Below, in pieces: positions 26,213 through 39,900 of a DNA stretch of 64,000 nucleotides. Position 1 is the stretch's first letter, and every line of letters begins with the position of its first letter. The stretch comes from Macrostomum lignano (Eukaryota). Location: the NCBI GenBank assembly GCA_002269645.1, contig NIVC01001448.1, positions 124,001-188,000 on the forward strand, read 5' to 3'. Position numbers and translations under genes: made by a program. The notes beneath the pieces were generated by a model that saw only the letters and a list, made by a program, of their open reading frames with translations, had not been told where the DNA came from and did not search any database.

Positions 26213-27263
26213 ATTTTTTTGCAAAATAAGCAAGAGGCATCAAACAAGACAGAAAAAATTATTTTTTGAAACATTTTTTTCAATCCAAAACAAAGTCAAC
26301 CAGAACCAGTTCACGCTAAAGTTCGGTTTTAAGCAACCGTCAGCGCGAGAAGTTCGTACCAGCTGATTGGCTTCTCAAACTTTAAACCGGGCGTAACTGG
26401 GTTTTTTTATTATCCTCAAACTTGACTGTCAAAAAACAAAGAATGAGTTTATTTTATTAAATATGTTTATAGTGTTGTATAATTGATGTTCAACAGACTT
26501 CTTATAAATAGACATTAAATACAATTAAATAGTTTAGCATTCGAAACCAGAAAGATGGTACCATTAGTTTTTGAGTCTTCTCAAGCCGCTTCATTGATTT
26601 ATGATTTATTAAAGTTTGACAATATATACCCGCTTATAATTGCGTGTGATAAACATGGGCATATGAATACATAATAACAATAAAGGACTGGGTGCGTTAT
26701 AACAAATGCCAAAAGTTAGATTGGTTGCGAAAACAATTGCTGCAATTGTATTTTTTTAATCAATTTTTATCTCTTCACTCCTAGACAAACAAAATTCGAT
26801 AAAGGGGGAAAAATACAAGCCTAACATTTTTTTTAATACCTGTGCCTGTCTGTGAATGCTTCTGTACCTGCAGGGGACAAAAAGTGACAAAGGGAAACGC
26901 TGAGACAATAAGAGAGTTACCGAAAAGGGCATTTTTTTGAGATGGAAGAAGAAACAACAATACACACACAGCACAAGACAGACAAACTGATTTTTTATAA
27001 TTAGAAGTAGGAAGCGATTGTGTATTAAAATACAGTGTCTCCAATCGAATTAATTATTAATTGAATTCAGCTTCCCCCCACACACAAACAAGGTTAGACA
27101 TAATAAATATTGGTCTCAAAACAAACACAAATAAATAAGTTGAGCTGAGCACAGAGCTCAGTCACCCATCAACCAGGCTGTTTAACACAATAACATTCAT
27201 TAGCAGCTTATGGTTTATTTAATTAAATTTCCCAAATCCCCAGAGCACGGAGTGGTGATAAGG

Positions 27264-29950
27264 TCACTGCTCCTTCTCGTCAGCCTCCTTGGCGTCCTCC
27301 TTATTCTCTTCAGCCATCTTGCCGATGTACTCGTCCAGGATGTCGCGCACGCTGGCCCAGGACTTCTCCGGCACGGTGACAGCCGTACGGAAGTTGGCGC
27401 GCACCTCAGACAGGCGCAGGAACATGCCGCGCCTGTTGGCGCCAACGTCAAAGTAGAACATCTTGTTGTCTACGCGTAGCGACTTCGGGGCGGGTAGGCG
27501 CTCCACGCCCTCTGTGGGTTTGGGAGATTGGGAAAGAGAGGGGGGGCGTGAAATTCTTAGAAATGGGATGTTTATATTAAAGGGGACGAGTATCTTAGAA
27601 AAAAAAGACGGGAATGCAATTCTTAGAAATAGCGGTAGCAAATCTCGAAAAAAACAGATGTTTCTTAGAAAATCTTGAAGATTTGATTCTTGGAAAATAG
27701 CAATGCGATTCTTGGAAACTGCCAATGCGATTCTTGGAAACTGCCAATGCGATTCTTGGAAACTGGCAATGCGATTCTTGGAAACTGCCAATGCGATTCT
27801 TGGAAACTGGCAATGCGATTCTTGGAAACTGCCAATGCGATTCTTGGAAACTGGCAATGCGATTCTTGGAAACTGGCAATGCGATTCTTGGAAACTGGCA
27901 ATGCGATTCTTGGAAACTGGCAATGTGATTCTTGGAAACTGGCAATGCGATTCTTGGAAACTGGCAATGCGATTCTTGGAAACTGCCAATGCGATTCTTG
28001 GAAAACAGCAATGCGATTCTTGGAAACTGCCAATGCGATTCTTGGAAACTGCCAATGCGATTCTTGGAAAACAGCAATGTGATTCTTGGAAAATGTCAAA
28101 GCGATTCTTGAAAATCGTCAATGTGATTCTTAAAAAATGGTAATGTAATTCTTGGAAAACGACAATGCGATTCTTGGAAAATGGCAATGTGATTGTTGGA
28201 GACTGGCAATGTGATTCTTGGAAATTAGCAACGTAACAATTGTTAAATAACAAAATGCACGATACGTATTAATTTTTAAAAAAGGTGAAGACACAATATT
28301 TTTAAGAAAACAAAAAATCCTTTAAATGACCTTCAAATGATAACTATTTCTAAAATTAATTAGTACTCGTATATCAAATCAGGCTTAAGGCCAAAAAAAC
28401 TTTCAGTGAACAACTTGATGTATACACAGTCTCGAGAATTTTCAGCTTACTACTCATAATACAATAGAAACTTTTCTTTCAAATATTTTCTTAAATTGAG
28501 CGCTAAACCGAAATTTAACCATCTTTTTAGTCTAAGGTTTGCCAGACGTTAATAAAGTGCAAATTTTCGGTTTAGCAGATTTCCCTCCCTCCCTCACCAG
28601 CCATATCATCGGTGCCGCACTCCTCCATGAGCTCCACCAGACGGTCGCGCATGTCCTCAAGGCCCTGTACAGGCACAGCAATCTGGTTGCGCATCCCAGA
28701 CGGCGACACCTGCTGAGCGATGCGCAGAAATTTGCCGCGCTGATTCTCTTTCAGGTCGAGAAAGTAGCGCCGGTTCTCGCGGACGATCGTCTCCGATCGA
28801 AATTTGAAAGCCTGCTGATCGCCTCCATCAGTGGCGCCAGAATCCGTCTGCTTGTGATATTTAATCAGCTCGTCCAGCTTCTCCCGAAACTCCGTTGTAG
28901 TGCTCATGCCCATCAGGATCCGGCTCTTCTGCCCGCTGGCCCCAACTTCGGCTATTTTCAGAAATCGGCCCCTACGATTCTGCTTCACGTCCAGATAGAA
29001 CCGCTTGGCTTGCACCTGCGGCGGCGGGTTATTAAGGTAGCAGGTGCGAGATTAGAGGTTAAAATTGGGATATCTATTCTTCCTGATACTGAAATCCCGG
29101 AATCTGTTTTCTAAAATCCCCATTCCAAATGTAATCCCGATCCCAATTGTAACCCCGATCCCAAATGTAATCCTCATCCCAAATGTAACCCCGATCCCAA
29201 ATGTAATCCCGATCCCAAATGTAACCCCGATCCCAAATGTAATCCACATCCCAAATGTAATCCCCATCCCAAATGTAATCCTGATCCCAAATGTAATCCT
29301 GATCCCAAATGTAACCCCGATCCCAAATGTAATCCCCATCCCAAATGTAATCCTGATCCTAAATGTAACCCCGATCTTAAATGTAATCCTGATCCCAAAT
29401 GTAATCCTGATCCCAAATGTAACCCCGATCCCAAATGTAATCCCCATCCCAAATGTAATCCCCATCCCAAATGTAATCCTGATCCTAAATGTAACCCCGA
29501 TCTTAAATGTAATCCCCATCCCAAATGTAACCCCGATCCTAAATGTAATCTCCATCCCAAATGTAATCCCGACTACAGTTTTAATCCCCAACGTAAGTGT
29601 AATCCTGATCCCAATCCAGATCACTAGAATCCCGATTCCAATCTCAAAACTGTCAGGTCCCGATCCCAACTCTATATAATACCCTGGTATCTACCAAATA
29701 TGAGTCATCTGTAAACGAGGAGTCTGACAGGTTTTTTCAATCAATTTTAATGAAACTTCAATAACGTCAAGCTGCAGATCAAGATGAGAGCCCTGAATTA
29801 CTATGATCGCGAAGGTACACTCTGTTAGGCCAATAATAGATATTTAAAAATATTCATAACTCTATTTATTACCTGCACATTCCTAGAAGCAATCTCTTTC
29901 TCGGCATTGACCGAGTCGCCATCTCTGGCATCTCTGCCGCTGTTGTACAT
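27264..29950 (-). CDS. PURA: Pur-alpha (PUR-repeat ssDNA/RNA-binding protein, 247 aa); exons 29950-29873, 29015-28598, 27511-27264
   Basis: The spliced product reads EIASRNVQ|[24 protein letters not shown], with [23 protein letters not shown] and [27 protein letters not shown]. Junctions are GT-AG in phase 0 and 1; total 744 nt. Confidence 0.95.
27690..28235 (+). repeat. 22-bp repeat (GCAATGCGATTCTTGGAAACTG)n in Pur-alpha intron 2
   Basis: Direct repetition. Confidence 0.93.
29115..29660 (+). repeat. 18-bp repeat (CCAAATGTAATCCCGATC)n in Pur-alpha intron 1
   Basis: Direct repetition. Confidence 0.93.
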
Positions 29951-30856
29951 GTTCAATAGCCGATTGTAATTCAAATAGTAAGTAGAGCTCTCCTTTCGCT
30001 CGCAAGCAGGCAAACTAATCAATCAATCAGCCAACTGTTTTGCAACGAAACCGACCAGCCCTGTGAAATAGGTGTACACAAAAATATTAAATATAAACTC
30101 AAATTAATGTTACCAGTAACCTTGCAAAGATGCACTTTTAACATAGTTGACAGAGGAATCTTTATAGATATGATACATTAGACTTAAGTTTTCCATATAG
30201 AATCAAGTGTAAATTAATATTAAAAAATACTTCTTTATAGAAAATATAGCAGGAAACTACAAGAACAGCAGAAAATTAACTCATCATTTTGGTAAAAGAA
30301 AAAAAGTTAAACTTGCTTAATTTTAAATGATGACATTTAACTATTGTATTGAAGTAGCACTAATATTCTACTCATTTTTTCAGAAACCAAATTTGTGCAA
30401 GACACCTAATCAAGTTTTCTTTTGTTTTACTGTACAAAATAGCCTAATTATTTTTTATAAATATATGTATGTGCTAGTGTATGTTCCTGTTAATTACCTT
30501 TACTATTCTTTGTGCCTGATAAAATGCCTATTACGATTCATACATGTAAATTAGCCGATTTATGACCATGTTAAATTCGCGCGCAAACTAGAAACTAATT
30601 TAAGCATTTGTTTTATTACGCAAAATATTATTGATAAATATTTTTGTTATAATCATAGCCGTCTAAAACAGTATAAATACAAGTGATTTTGCCAAATAAA
30701 AGTAACCTTTTCTTGCTCTTGAAATATTTGTGCGCTATAATATTGGTTCGTTCTATATTCTCAGATAAACCTTGAAATCTTGTTGAGTTAGTTATTTTAA
30801 GGAAAAAGGGAGTGACAATGCTCAGAAACTTACTAAGAGAAGGGATTGGGGAAATA

Positions 30857-31447
30857 CCCTATAGGAAAAAGTTTTAAAACTGCGGACGGTGTCCGGCGCA
30901 CTTTTGAAATTTTTCTAAAGCGCAGCGCGCGCACAGGCGCATCGCCTGCGCGCGCGCTGCCCTTTCTTACTGGCTGCTGCTCCAGCAAATACATATACAT
31001 GGAAATGGGTATAATACCCCTGTTGAAGGGGCTTATACACTCGAAATTTATTAAGCTTAGAGATGTTCCGAGAATTTAATTTCATTTTTCCAAAATTTGA
31101 AATTTTTAGAGCAAATTTCAATTTAGAAAAAAATTTAGAAGTGAAAATTTTGGTAGTGTCTAAAGAGTCGCTAAAAATAAACTGCTTTCTACTACATATA
31201 CATGTATTACTTCTTGCTTAAGCAGTAAATTGAAAGTAAAAAGTGAGTGTTGATCATACTAAACTTTGTTTTTCTGAATTATGATTTCGGGAAATTTCAA
31301 TTTTGATTTTGGAAAGTTAGCAAATTTTGATTTCGACAAAACTGCAGATCTTTTGGAACATCTCTAATAATCCTAAAGCGCGATAAAATAGTTTGACTCT
31401 TTTCTAAAGCGCGCGTCCGCGGGTTTTTAACATTTATTCCAATAGGG
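30857..31447. mobile_element. Decayed non-autonomous TIR element (MITE-like) with internal GC hairpin
   Basis: 30857-30888 CCCTATAGGAAAAAGTTTTAAAACTGCGGACG is an imperfect inverted repeat of 31414-31447. No ORF and no clear TSD. Confidence 0.5.
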
Positions 31448-31677
31448 GGAAAATATTACAAAAGGGAAATTCAGAGAGTTGTGCTGTGATCCTCTAATCC
31501 CAGTGAACGCCCGACTAGGACAATCTAATAAGTTCATGTACCAGTAGTAGACCGCTCAGGCCATACAAAGACGCTACCAGACTAATACATAAGACACTAC
31601 ATCAGACTAATACATAAAATGCTACTAGAATATTCAAATGAAATTCTAAGAAACAGGTAGAAACATTAAGGAAGATT

Positions 31678-31952
31678 TGGTTACAGTGGTAGGATTTTGT
31701 ATTGTATGGGAACACCCCTGCGACAACTTTGGTGTCAGCAGTAGAATTAGTGAGATATTATTTAGAAGGAAGAATCAGCCCTGCGACAACTTGGTGACAA
31801 TAGTGGGGTAGTTGGAAGATAGAAGAAAAAGCCCTGTTACAACTTTGGTGGCATAATGGTGGAATTTTATAGAGAGCCAAAAGGCCCGTAACAACTTGGT
31901 ATCAGCGGTTGGGATTAAAATTGATAAAGTAGGAGGTAAAACACCTGTTACA
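31678..31952 (+). repeat. Array of five degenerate tRNA-Leu PBS-like repeats with LTR-end-like ...ACA motifs and unique spacers
   Basis: PBS-like words start at 31678, 31730, 31792, 31846 and 31897; the last four are preceded by CCC(T)G(C/T)(G/T/A)ACA-ACT(T). Confidence 0.7.
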
Positions 31953-31999
31953 AATTCAACTAGTCAATTTATTTTCTAGCATTCTTAAAATGTATTTGA

Positions 32000-34010
32000 A
32001 GTCAAAAGAGCTGCTTGACCTTTGCAAAAAAGCCATGTTTTTTTAATATTTAATCATTTTAACATTGAGCAATTTTTAGCCACAATACATATACCATCAC
32101 AGGAAAATTTCTGATCAAATGGTGCAAGTTTGAAGAAAATTAGTTGAGCCATTTTTTCTAATGAATCATGTATAGATAGATAGACACAGACAGACCATTT
32201 TTAGTATATGGAAAAGCAAGCAAGCAAGCAATTTTTTCATTTTTTGTATATTAGATTTATAACTAGCAATTAACTAGCAGCAATTTCTAGACATCCAGAT
32301 AGAATTTTTGTTCTTTACAAGTAACAAAGACAGGAAAATAAAGCCTTCACAAAGACAACAGACATTCCCTCTAAAAATAAATCATCCCAAAACAGCAAGC
32401 ATCCCTTAAATAGCAAGCACCCCCTCCAAATACAATAGCAAGCACCCCAAATACAATAACAAGAAGCATCTCCCAGATAGCTAGCATCACCCAGATAGCA
32501 ACCTATCCCAAGATAGCATGTACCCCCCTCTTCCAAGAGCAGGCCTTTTGCCTTCTCAAAATCAAGCATCCCCAGACAGCATGCAAGCATCCCCCAGATA
32601 GCAAGACTCCCCTAGATAGCAAGCAACCCCAGATAGCAAGTATCCCCCAGACAGCAAGCATCCCCTAATAGCAAGCATCCTCCAGATAGCAGACATCCCT
32701 GGATACAAAGAATCCTTATAAATGGCTATAGCAACCCCTTCTCAGATAGCAAGTACCCTCTACCTAAGCATCATCCAATAGCAAGTTACCCCAGATTGCA
32801 AGCATTCTTCTAATAGCAAGCATCCTCTGATAGCAAGCATCCCCTGATAGCAAGCATACCCCTGATAGCAATAATCTATCCTTAATAGCAAGAATCCACC
32901 AAGACAAGAAGTAGCTAGTGCAATAATATCCTTAGCTTTATAGTGGCTCCATAATGTTTAACATGGTTGGCTCTTCTATGTTTGACATGGTGGCTCTTTT
33001 ATATTCAACATGTAGTCATATATATGTTTGACATGGTAGTTCTTTAATACTTGAAATGGTAGCTCTTTTATGTTTGACATGGAGTCATATACTCAATTTT
33101 GATTTTGATATTCCAAATTTTGAAACTTATTTTGCATCAAAATAATTTTGATTTTGATTTTGAATTTTGACATCATTTATCAAAAAATTTTTTGAAATTT
33201 TGGTTTTATTTTAACAATTTAGACATTGATGATCATGCTACACAAGAAAAAAAATCTATATGAAGTGAAAGGAAATGCGGTTCAAAGACTCAGTGGGGAG
33301 GTAAGAATCACCTTTTCTACAAGAAAGATTGTGCAGGGCATATACTGTTCCAGGCCTTGTGCTGCACCCACCTCACCTCCATAAGCCCACTGGCTGAACT
33401 CATTGGCATGGATTTTAATTGGCTAAAAACTTAAAGCCTTAATGAAATGGATATAGGCTACTCGTATCTAGATCTTCAGCTTAAACAGCGGTGAAATATA
33501 ATACAACTTCTACTATATTTCTATGTACATGTATAATACATAATACACCAGCATTTTATATTTTGTATTTTTAAATATTTGTAAATATTCTGGTTTAAAC
33601 ATATCAAATATACTTTTTATAAAACATGTAAGCTCATACATGCAAAGGCAAGGTGTTAACCTTTTGCATGATTAGTGAAAAAGTAAAAATTTGTTAAGCT
33701 CAAAAATTTTGATTTGGATTTTGATTCTAAGGAACCAAAAATTTCGATTTCAATTTGAAAAATAATTTCAATCCATCACTAATCACAATTGGAATTCAGC
33801 CTGTCAGTTTTTTCTGTAGCATTTTTACAATGAATTTCAGGTTGAAAGAGCTGCTTGACCTTTGCAAAAAAGCATGTTTTTCAAATATTAAATCCCATTA
33901 ACATTGAGTGATTTCTTAGCCAAGATGCATGTACTATCCTAGAAAAATTTCTGATCGGATGGTGCAAGTTTGAATAAAATTGGTTGAGCCATTTTTTCTG
34001 AAATCTATTG
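32000..34010 (+). repeat. Diverged ~170-bp direct repeat pair (about 32000-32165 and 33845-34010)
   Basis: Both copies contain AAAGAGCTGCTTGACCTTTGCAAAAAAGC...GGTGCAAGTTTGAA...TTGAGCCATTTTTTCT. Confidence 0.8.
32320..32900 (+). repeat. (CCAGATAGCAAGCATCC)n degenerate minisatellite family, also at 61035-61540
   Basis: Same unit and the same embedded unique segment (AACAAAGAC...AAATAAAGC..T.CAAAGA...CAGACATTCCC) in both loci. Confidence 0.85.
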
Positions 34011-34139
34011 CATAGCTACAAACAAATCATTTTTAAGATATAGGAATATAAATTTATAAACAAATGTATTTAACTTTTTTGGGATAACCAATTAGTAACA
34101 CCATGCAAAGGCACTGGGTCTTCTGTACATCTTACTGGA

Positions 34140-34720
34140 ATTGGACGGCAGCTACAAGAAAGGTGCGGCGAACCATTGCTACATACCGCAACATCAAGCA
34201 GCCGATAGATTGAAGCTGAGAACAACATTGAAAGAGCGTGCTTGCCGTAAAATCTTCACCTTGGCTATGCAGATTGCCAAGGAGGAATTGTTGCAAACTG
34301 CTGCAACATCTTGTTCCCCTAGCTTGACCCCGCATTTTTGTTGTTGACTTTGAAGCTGCCATGTAGAGAGCAGTGCACAGGTCTTCCTAGAGTCTTCTCT
34401 TCGTGGCTGCGCATTCCATTATACCCAGACTGTGTGGCGGCATATTCAGGCCATTGGACTCCAATAGGCATATATAAATGATATGGGCACACAGAGCTTC
34501 TGTCGTAAGCTCATGGGTTTGCCATTCCTGCCTAATGGATACATCGTACAAGCATTCTATGAGCTGCATGCAGTTTGGATTTGGAGCGACTGCAGCAGTT
34601 ATGTGACTATGTGCAGTCAACTTGGATCCGAAGCAGTATCTAGACCACTGCGGAGCTATTGGTCTATCATTATGCAATACGTACTAATAATAATACAGAG
34701 GGCTGGCACCGCAAGCTGAA
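34140..34720 (+). pseudogene. Decayed Mutator-like (MULE) transposase fragment
   Basis: Frameshifted translation VVDFEAAM*...LRGCAFHYTQTVWRHIQAIGLQ*AY...FCRKLMGLPFLP...IVQAFYEL matches the MULE DDE pattern (DFE..., GC.FH..Q...R, LMALPFLP); in-frame stops present. Confidence 0.8.
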
Positions 34721-36916
34721 CCACTGAGCATAGCCTACATTCCTACATTAATTGTCACCAAATTTGTCTAGATTGTTGCTGAATTTGCTTTCGCCAAATT
34801 AGTCCATAGTGAATCTGTTGCCAAATTTGGTTGTCGCCAAACTGGTCAGCACCTGATTGAAATGACCAACCATTCAACCAAATCATTCTTTCATCAAAAT
34901 GACAAGTTTAGAAAACTATAACACTAAAAAAATTACTTTTAAAATTGGCTAGAAATAATATTTGGCTTTTAATTTTAATAAGTTTCAGAACCTAACTACT
35001 AAGTTCTAGCATAAATTAAAGTCATTCTAAAATACAACAAGAAAATGAATTATTTATTTTAACCAATCATTTTAACCAGACATACTTAAAAATTTGACAA
35101 AATTTTCTCTGTTTACTTTTGACCTTGTCCTGTTGTCCTTGCTTAGGCCTACTAGGCCTAGGCCTATATTAGATGTGGGGTTTCTCAACATAACATATAT
35201 TCCAACAGACATTCAATATGATTGTCCGTGTATTGAATCTTAATTACCTAAATTTCGCAAATTTTTTGTCTGTCTTAAAAGTCTGTTCAGAACTAGTACA
35301 CTGACCTAAGCCAAATTCAAATTCAAATGCATTTTACAGTGATCACTGATCAGCTTAGGCCCCTAATACGCCTATAAAATTATTGTCGTATTGAGAATTA
35401 ATAAAGTACCCACTAAGATATTTTCATTAAAAACACAAAAAAACACGATTGCATTAAAAAATTGACGGCAGAAACAGAGACAACTCTTACCTTCTCAAGC
35501 TTCTCCAATCCAAATTTGCAACCCGCATAAGGAAAATCTGCGATGAAAGAGATTACTTTTTAAATTTGAAGAAAATCGTTAGTTAATTTCAAGCCGTCAA
35601 GGCAATGCAATTTTATTTGTAGACTCAAAATTTTTTTTAGTAATTAACGGTGGATTGTTATATTGTATTAACTAAAGTTTTAGTTAAAAAGCTTCTCAGA
35701 TTTTTTAGCATGCAAGAAAACCCTCATAAACTAAAATCTTTAATTTTTCTGTAATTTCTGAAACTTTTTCTTAAATGGCTAAATTTCATTTGTTTATAAC
35801 TATAACAAGTTCTTAGTACTGAAAAGCCTTAAGAAATTAAAAATGAAAGTATATCCATAAGATTCTAATTTAATTGAACTTTTTAATTAAAAATAAAGCT
35901 TCAAAAGTCTTATCGATTTTCTTGATGAAAAGTGTTTAAATCGAAAATTCTTCCGTTCGACTTCACATTAAAGCATGGGTTAATATATACATTTAATTTA
36001 TGGACTTAGGTATTTTATTGGGTGGTTAGAATTAGGGTTGAACGAATGCAGTTATAAAATGAGTGGAAGCTTTTTAGTCCTATTTTGCTTGCTTCCTGCA
36101 GCTTTATCACGTAAGTTAATTTACTGTGCTTAAATATTACGTTTTTTCCACTTTTGGTTATTAATTTTGCATTAAAAAGCTCTTGATACAACTAGACGTT
36201 TATTGACCCTGCATGACAGTATTATGCGATGTCCCCTTTTTAAAGCTTCCTGGCTTTATTTCGAAGAGATTGTACCTGACATGCATGATGCATTTATGTT
36301 TTGCATCATTATTCTATTTAAAAAAGGCGTCCACTTCAGTTGGCTTTACCATCATTAGTTGTCTAACATTACTTGATATAAAATATTTATACTTTTCGCC
36401 TGGAAAACGTTTTCTCCTGGTTTGATTTTTTTACCTTGTGGAGAAATTCTACAGTGCAATAAAGCAAGTTAGCACAAATCGCTTTTATACTGTACCTCCA
36501 CAATATACATGTACATGTAGAACTTTTTTGCACGCCTCTTTAAATTTCTGCACGGCTTGCTATGCAACGCTTGATATTGGATTTTTTCCTGAGAATGAGC
36601 TGTTTTTGCTCAGCTCCGAGGCGGCTTGTCTCGTTTATTTCTTCTACTAGTCAAGGACCGGAAACTAATAAATCTGACTTGAGTTTCTGACTTGAGGCGT
36701 CTGCAGTGCTCTATTGCTCTCAACTGGACCGCATCATTGTGTTTCTGTAACTATTCTATTCTCAATGCTATTCTCAATTAACAACAAAACCAAAAACTTT
36801 ACTTGCTAGCTTTTAAAATAAGTGTGAATCTTTTTTATTCTTTTTATTTCATTATAAGGCTCTATTTCTCATTTGAGAACCTGATCGAGGTTTAGTTTTA
36901 AGTCATTATTATCACG

Positions 36917-39900
36917 ATGCAGAATGAAGTATGCATGGTTTTTGCTGTATTTATTACTTTATTTCTGCTTGCTGCTAAAACGAGACATGTGTATATCGTT
37001 TCCGTGACCGAATCATCACAGCAAATTGAAAAAATGAAAACAACCATGCAAGTATTAGTTGCAAGTATAACTTTTACAACCAATATTTACGCAAATTCAG
37101 AGCGATGCGATCTTTTCCCGCTGATTCCGCTCGGACTGACCGACGTACACAACGGCATCCCTGACGATCAGATCACCGCCTCGTCGTTCATGAACGCTCA
37201 GACACGAGCTTCATTTGGACGGTTGCACTACGCAGATGGTAAAGTCAAGCAGCTCTTTGCTTAATTGATTCGGTTTTAATAGCTACTCACATTAACGCAT
37301 TCGAAACCCATCCACTCAGGCTTCCTATTCTTCCGAAATCGAGTCGGTGCGGGAGCGTGGATCGCTGGCGACCAGAACACAAACCAGTGGCTGCAGATTG
37401 ACCTAGGCGAGCGCCACGTGCTCACTGGGGTGGCCACTCAGGGCCGCAAAGGTGGTCGCGAATGGGTGATGGACTACCTGGTGCAATACGCTGACGACGA
37501 CCTGCCGCGGAACTGGCTGTTCTACCGAGACGAATACGGCTCGCCCTACCTGTTCGAAGGCAACATCGATGACCATGGTGTAGCAGAGAATCGCTTCTCC
37601 TATCCCATTGTGGCCCGCTACGTTCGCATCAATCCGCAGCGCTGGCACAATCTGATCTCGATGCGAGCCGAACTTTACGGCTGCAAACTCGAGTCCTACA
37701 TTGCCAGCTTCACTGGCAGCAGCCGGATCGAGTTGGACCTCAGCCACGGCGTGCAGACCGTCAACGATCGGATCCAGTTCCGGTTCCGTACTCAGGACAC
37801 CAACGGCCTGATTCTGTACGCATCATCCGATCAAACTGACCACCTTGCTGTGGAGCTGTACCAGTCCAAACTGAGGATCAGCATTAACCTGGGTCGGACG
37901 CCTTCGCTATCAGGTGTGAACGAGGTTTTTGCTGGTTCGCTGCTTGACGATAACATGTGGCACGATGTGCTGATTGTTCGCGAGCAGAGAATGTTTAACA
38001 TCAGCGTTGATCGAGTCAAAGTTTGGCTAGAGCTGCAGACAGAGTACATGCACCTGAATTTGAATGGAGCCATCTACTTAGGAGGAATGGATGTATTCAC
38101 CAACAAGCCGGGCCTTCTAGTGCGCAAGAACTTCACGGGGTGTCTGGAGAATGTCTGGCTCAACGGTTTGAATCTCATCCGGGATGCCCGAACAACGCCT
38201 GACTCAGACAATGCCATAGAAGGATTTCAAACTATCGGAGAGGTTGGCTCCAGGTGTCCATTGAGTAGTGCAGTGACGGACGAGATCATAACTCTAGGCT
38301 CAGAGGACGCTTTTATCAAAGCGCTACGCGACGCAGGCAGTAGCCTGCAGACATCGTTGTACTTTAGAACATTTCAAAAGGACACGGTGCTGATCTATCA
38401 CCCACTGCAGACGACGAACGGAGTAACAGACAAGTTTCTAGCCTTGGATATCAAAGAAAATGGAAACCTTGAGCTCGTGGTGCAGCTCAAAGACTCTGTA
38501 ACCAAAGATATCAGCGTGGTGTACACCAATCTTGACCCAGATGCTACGCCTGACAATTTCGCTGACGGCCTGTGGCATTACGTCGATCTGTACGCATCCA
38601 GAAACTCCATCAAAGTTACAATCGACGGCACACTGTACTCAACTATTCAGCAGCTCAGTCTCAGTTTCAACACGCTAACCTACATCGGCTGGTCACCTGA
38701 CCGACTCAGCCTCATCAACAAGAAGTGGAAAGCATTTCGCGGCTGTATCAAGCAGCTCAGCGTGCAGAGTCGAGCAGTGATCTATCGCGAGTTGGACCCT
38801 TTAAACAAGCAGGGCACGATTTTGAACGGCACCTGCGCTATGCGTGACCGCTGCATGCCAAATCCGTGCAAACGGGGTGCGCACTGCAGCCAGGACTGGG
38901 GCGAATTCTATTGCACCTGCCCGGAGGGCTACTCAGATAGCGCAGTCTGTCATCAGTCTACTCACTTCACTTCCTGCTCAGAGATGCAGCTGCTTTATCC
39001 CACTATCAGTGAGAAGAATGCGACAATCGATATCGATGGCTCGCAGATTTTGGAGCCGGTTCATGTCAATTGCATCTTCCGGGATGGAATTGTACGAACT
39101 CTGGTCAATCATACGGCTAGGCCTGACACTTCTGTGAGTGTTCTGTTAGTTCATAATTTCTATCAAATACTGTGACTATGTGCTAGTTTCACTCAGACAC
39201 AGTTTAAGAATGTAGCTCGATAATTATGGGATTGATTTTGGTGCTTTTGTGCTGTCATTAGTCCACTCACGTCCCTTGACGCCTCTTTGGTGCTGTCATT
39301 AGTCCACTCACGTCCCTTGACGCCTCTTTGGTGCTGTCATTAGTCCACTCACGTCCCTTGACGCCTCTTCGGTGCTGTCATTAGTCCACTCACGTCCCTT
39401 GGCGCCCCTTGGTGCTGGCGCCCCTTGGTGCTGGTGCCCCTTGGTGCTTGCGCCCCTGGGTGCTGGCGCCCCTTGGTGCTGGCGCCACTGTGGTGACTTT
39501 TACGATGGCGCTGTCGTCTCGCCCCAGCACTCCATAAATACGCTCCGCTCCCCTCAATAAAAATCCTGGTTAGGCGAATAGGGCCACTCTTGTCAATCCT
39601 GGCTTTCTGCTAGTTCGAAAGGCCACCTTTAGGATACTCGTACAATAGCAAAGTTTAAATTATTTACTCAAAAGCCAGCGGGATAGACAAACAATTTTGC
39701 CTCAATGCTGGTTGTGATACCCCAACACGTATCACTGGTCAAGAAATTTTGAAATCTGACCTCACATTAAACTTTTGACAGGTAAACGGCTACCAACTGC
39801 CGGGCTCATTTATTTTCAACGTTGATTATCAAACTTCGACGTTGTCGCTGGCCGAACTGGTCCGTCGGAGCGTCAGCTGCCGTCAGATGATCAACTACAA

